A DNA stretch of 63,957 nt, counting the filler, from Octopus bimaculoides (taxonomy: Eukaryota), in the NCBI RefSeq assembly GCF_001194135.2. It is 5 parts of 5 records of this genome, joined end to end, with 100 filler letters (N's around TTAATTAATTAA, not from the genome) between each part and the next. Parts side by side here need not be neighbours in the genome. Positions count along the whole stretch, not along the records: positions 60,588 to 63,957 come from NW_026394740.1; 4 more parts are not named here. One strand, written 5' to 3'. Numbering within the stretch: position 1 is the first letter of the stretch; every line of letters starts with the position of its first letter. Positions 63,148 to 63,957 of the stretch are shown here, piece by piece. Below the pieces are notes generated by a model, which was given only the letters and a program-made list of their open reading frames with translations, had not been told where the DNA came from and ran no database searches. A program made the position numbers and the translations under genes.

Positions 63148-63585
63148 CAGTAAGGCGGCGAGCTGGCAGAAACGTTAGCACGCCGGGCGAAATGCCTAGC
63201 GGTGTTTCGTCTGCCGTTACGTTCTGAGTTCAAATTCCGCCGAGGTCGACTTCGCCTTTCATCCTTTCGGGGTCGATTAAATTATGTACCAGTTATGCCC
63301 TGGGGTCGATGTTATCGACTTAATCCCTTTGTCTGTCCTTGTTTGTCCCCTCTATGTTTAGCCCCTTGTGGGCAATAAAGAAATAAGAAACGTTAGAACG
63401 CCGGGCGAAATGCTTAGCGGTGTTTCATCTTTTTACGCTCTGAGTTCAAATTCCGTCGAGGTTGACTTTGCCTTCCATCATTTCGGGCTTGATAAATTAA
63501 GTACCAGTTGCGTACTAAGGTTAATCTAATCGACTGGACCCTTCCCCCCAAATTTCGGACTGTGTACCTAGAGTAGAAATGAATA
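63148..63585 (+). mobile_element. Two tandem, CpG-intact SINE family B copies with different 3' tails
   Basis: AAGGCGGCGAGCTGGCAGAAACGTTAGCACGCCGGGCG... followed by AAACGTTAGAACGCCGGGCG...; both have GAGTTCAAATTCCG and CC(T/A)TTCATC. Confidence 0.88.
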
Positions 63586-63957
63586 AATTTTAGCACTTTC
63601 CAGAGAAAAAATTAGATTTACCCCTTAAACAAGTAAATAGATTATTTACTTCTTGAAATTATCTCCCCTTTCCTTTAAGACTTGCTAAAAATCACCACTA
63701 TAATGTCCAGGATTCCATACGAATCGGGTATTATCGTCAGTGAAAGACGTATAAGCTGAATTACTAAAATAACTTCTTATGATGTGACACTTCAGTTTTG
63801 GTTTATTTTATACGAACAATTTGTTCTTCTAACTATGGAGGCGTGTGACAGGAAAGTTGGACTATAATGCACAAGCTTACATTGCAGTTTTCGCTTTCGA
63901 CATGACAGGATGGGATACACATGGTGTTCTAAATTCTCGTTAAATACGATGACGCTT

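Overview
AT-rich, microsatellite- and gap-rich eukaryotic DNA. The protocadherin type and repeat families point to a cephalopod, most likely Octopus (inference). The only supportable host gene is one minus-strand protocadherin: a single large exon (ATG 26996, GTAAGT donor at 24578) encoding a signal peptide, 6 cadherin repeats, a TM helix and the start of the cytoplasmic tail, preceded by a splice acceptor at 27060. The rest is mobile-element debris: three tRNA-head SINE families; fragments of RTE, R4/Dong-like, CRE-like, CR1/L2-group and Penelope-like retroelements; Tc1/mariner and hAT remnants; and several long inverted repeats. Two non-obvious signals stand out. (1) Up to seven hammerhead-ribozyme-like motifs from about six unrelated repeat families, including a clean minimal type-I hammerhead at 38495-38542 and a 275-bp palindrome at 41292-41566 made of two head-to-head hammerheads. 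(2) A roughly 17.5-48.5 kb domain in which repeat copies have selectively lost CpG, a possible germline gene-body methylation footprint. No CRISPR, rRNA or genuine tRNA gene was found. Repeat boundaries are read by eye and approximate; no searches or folding programs were run.
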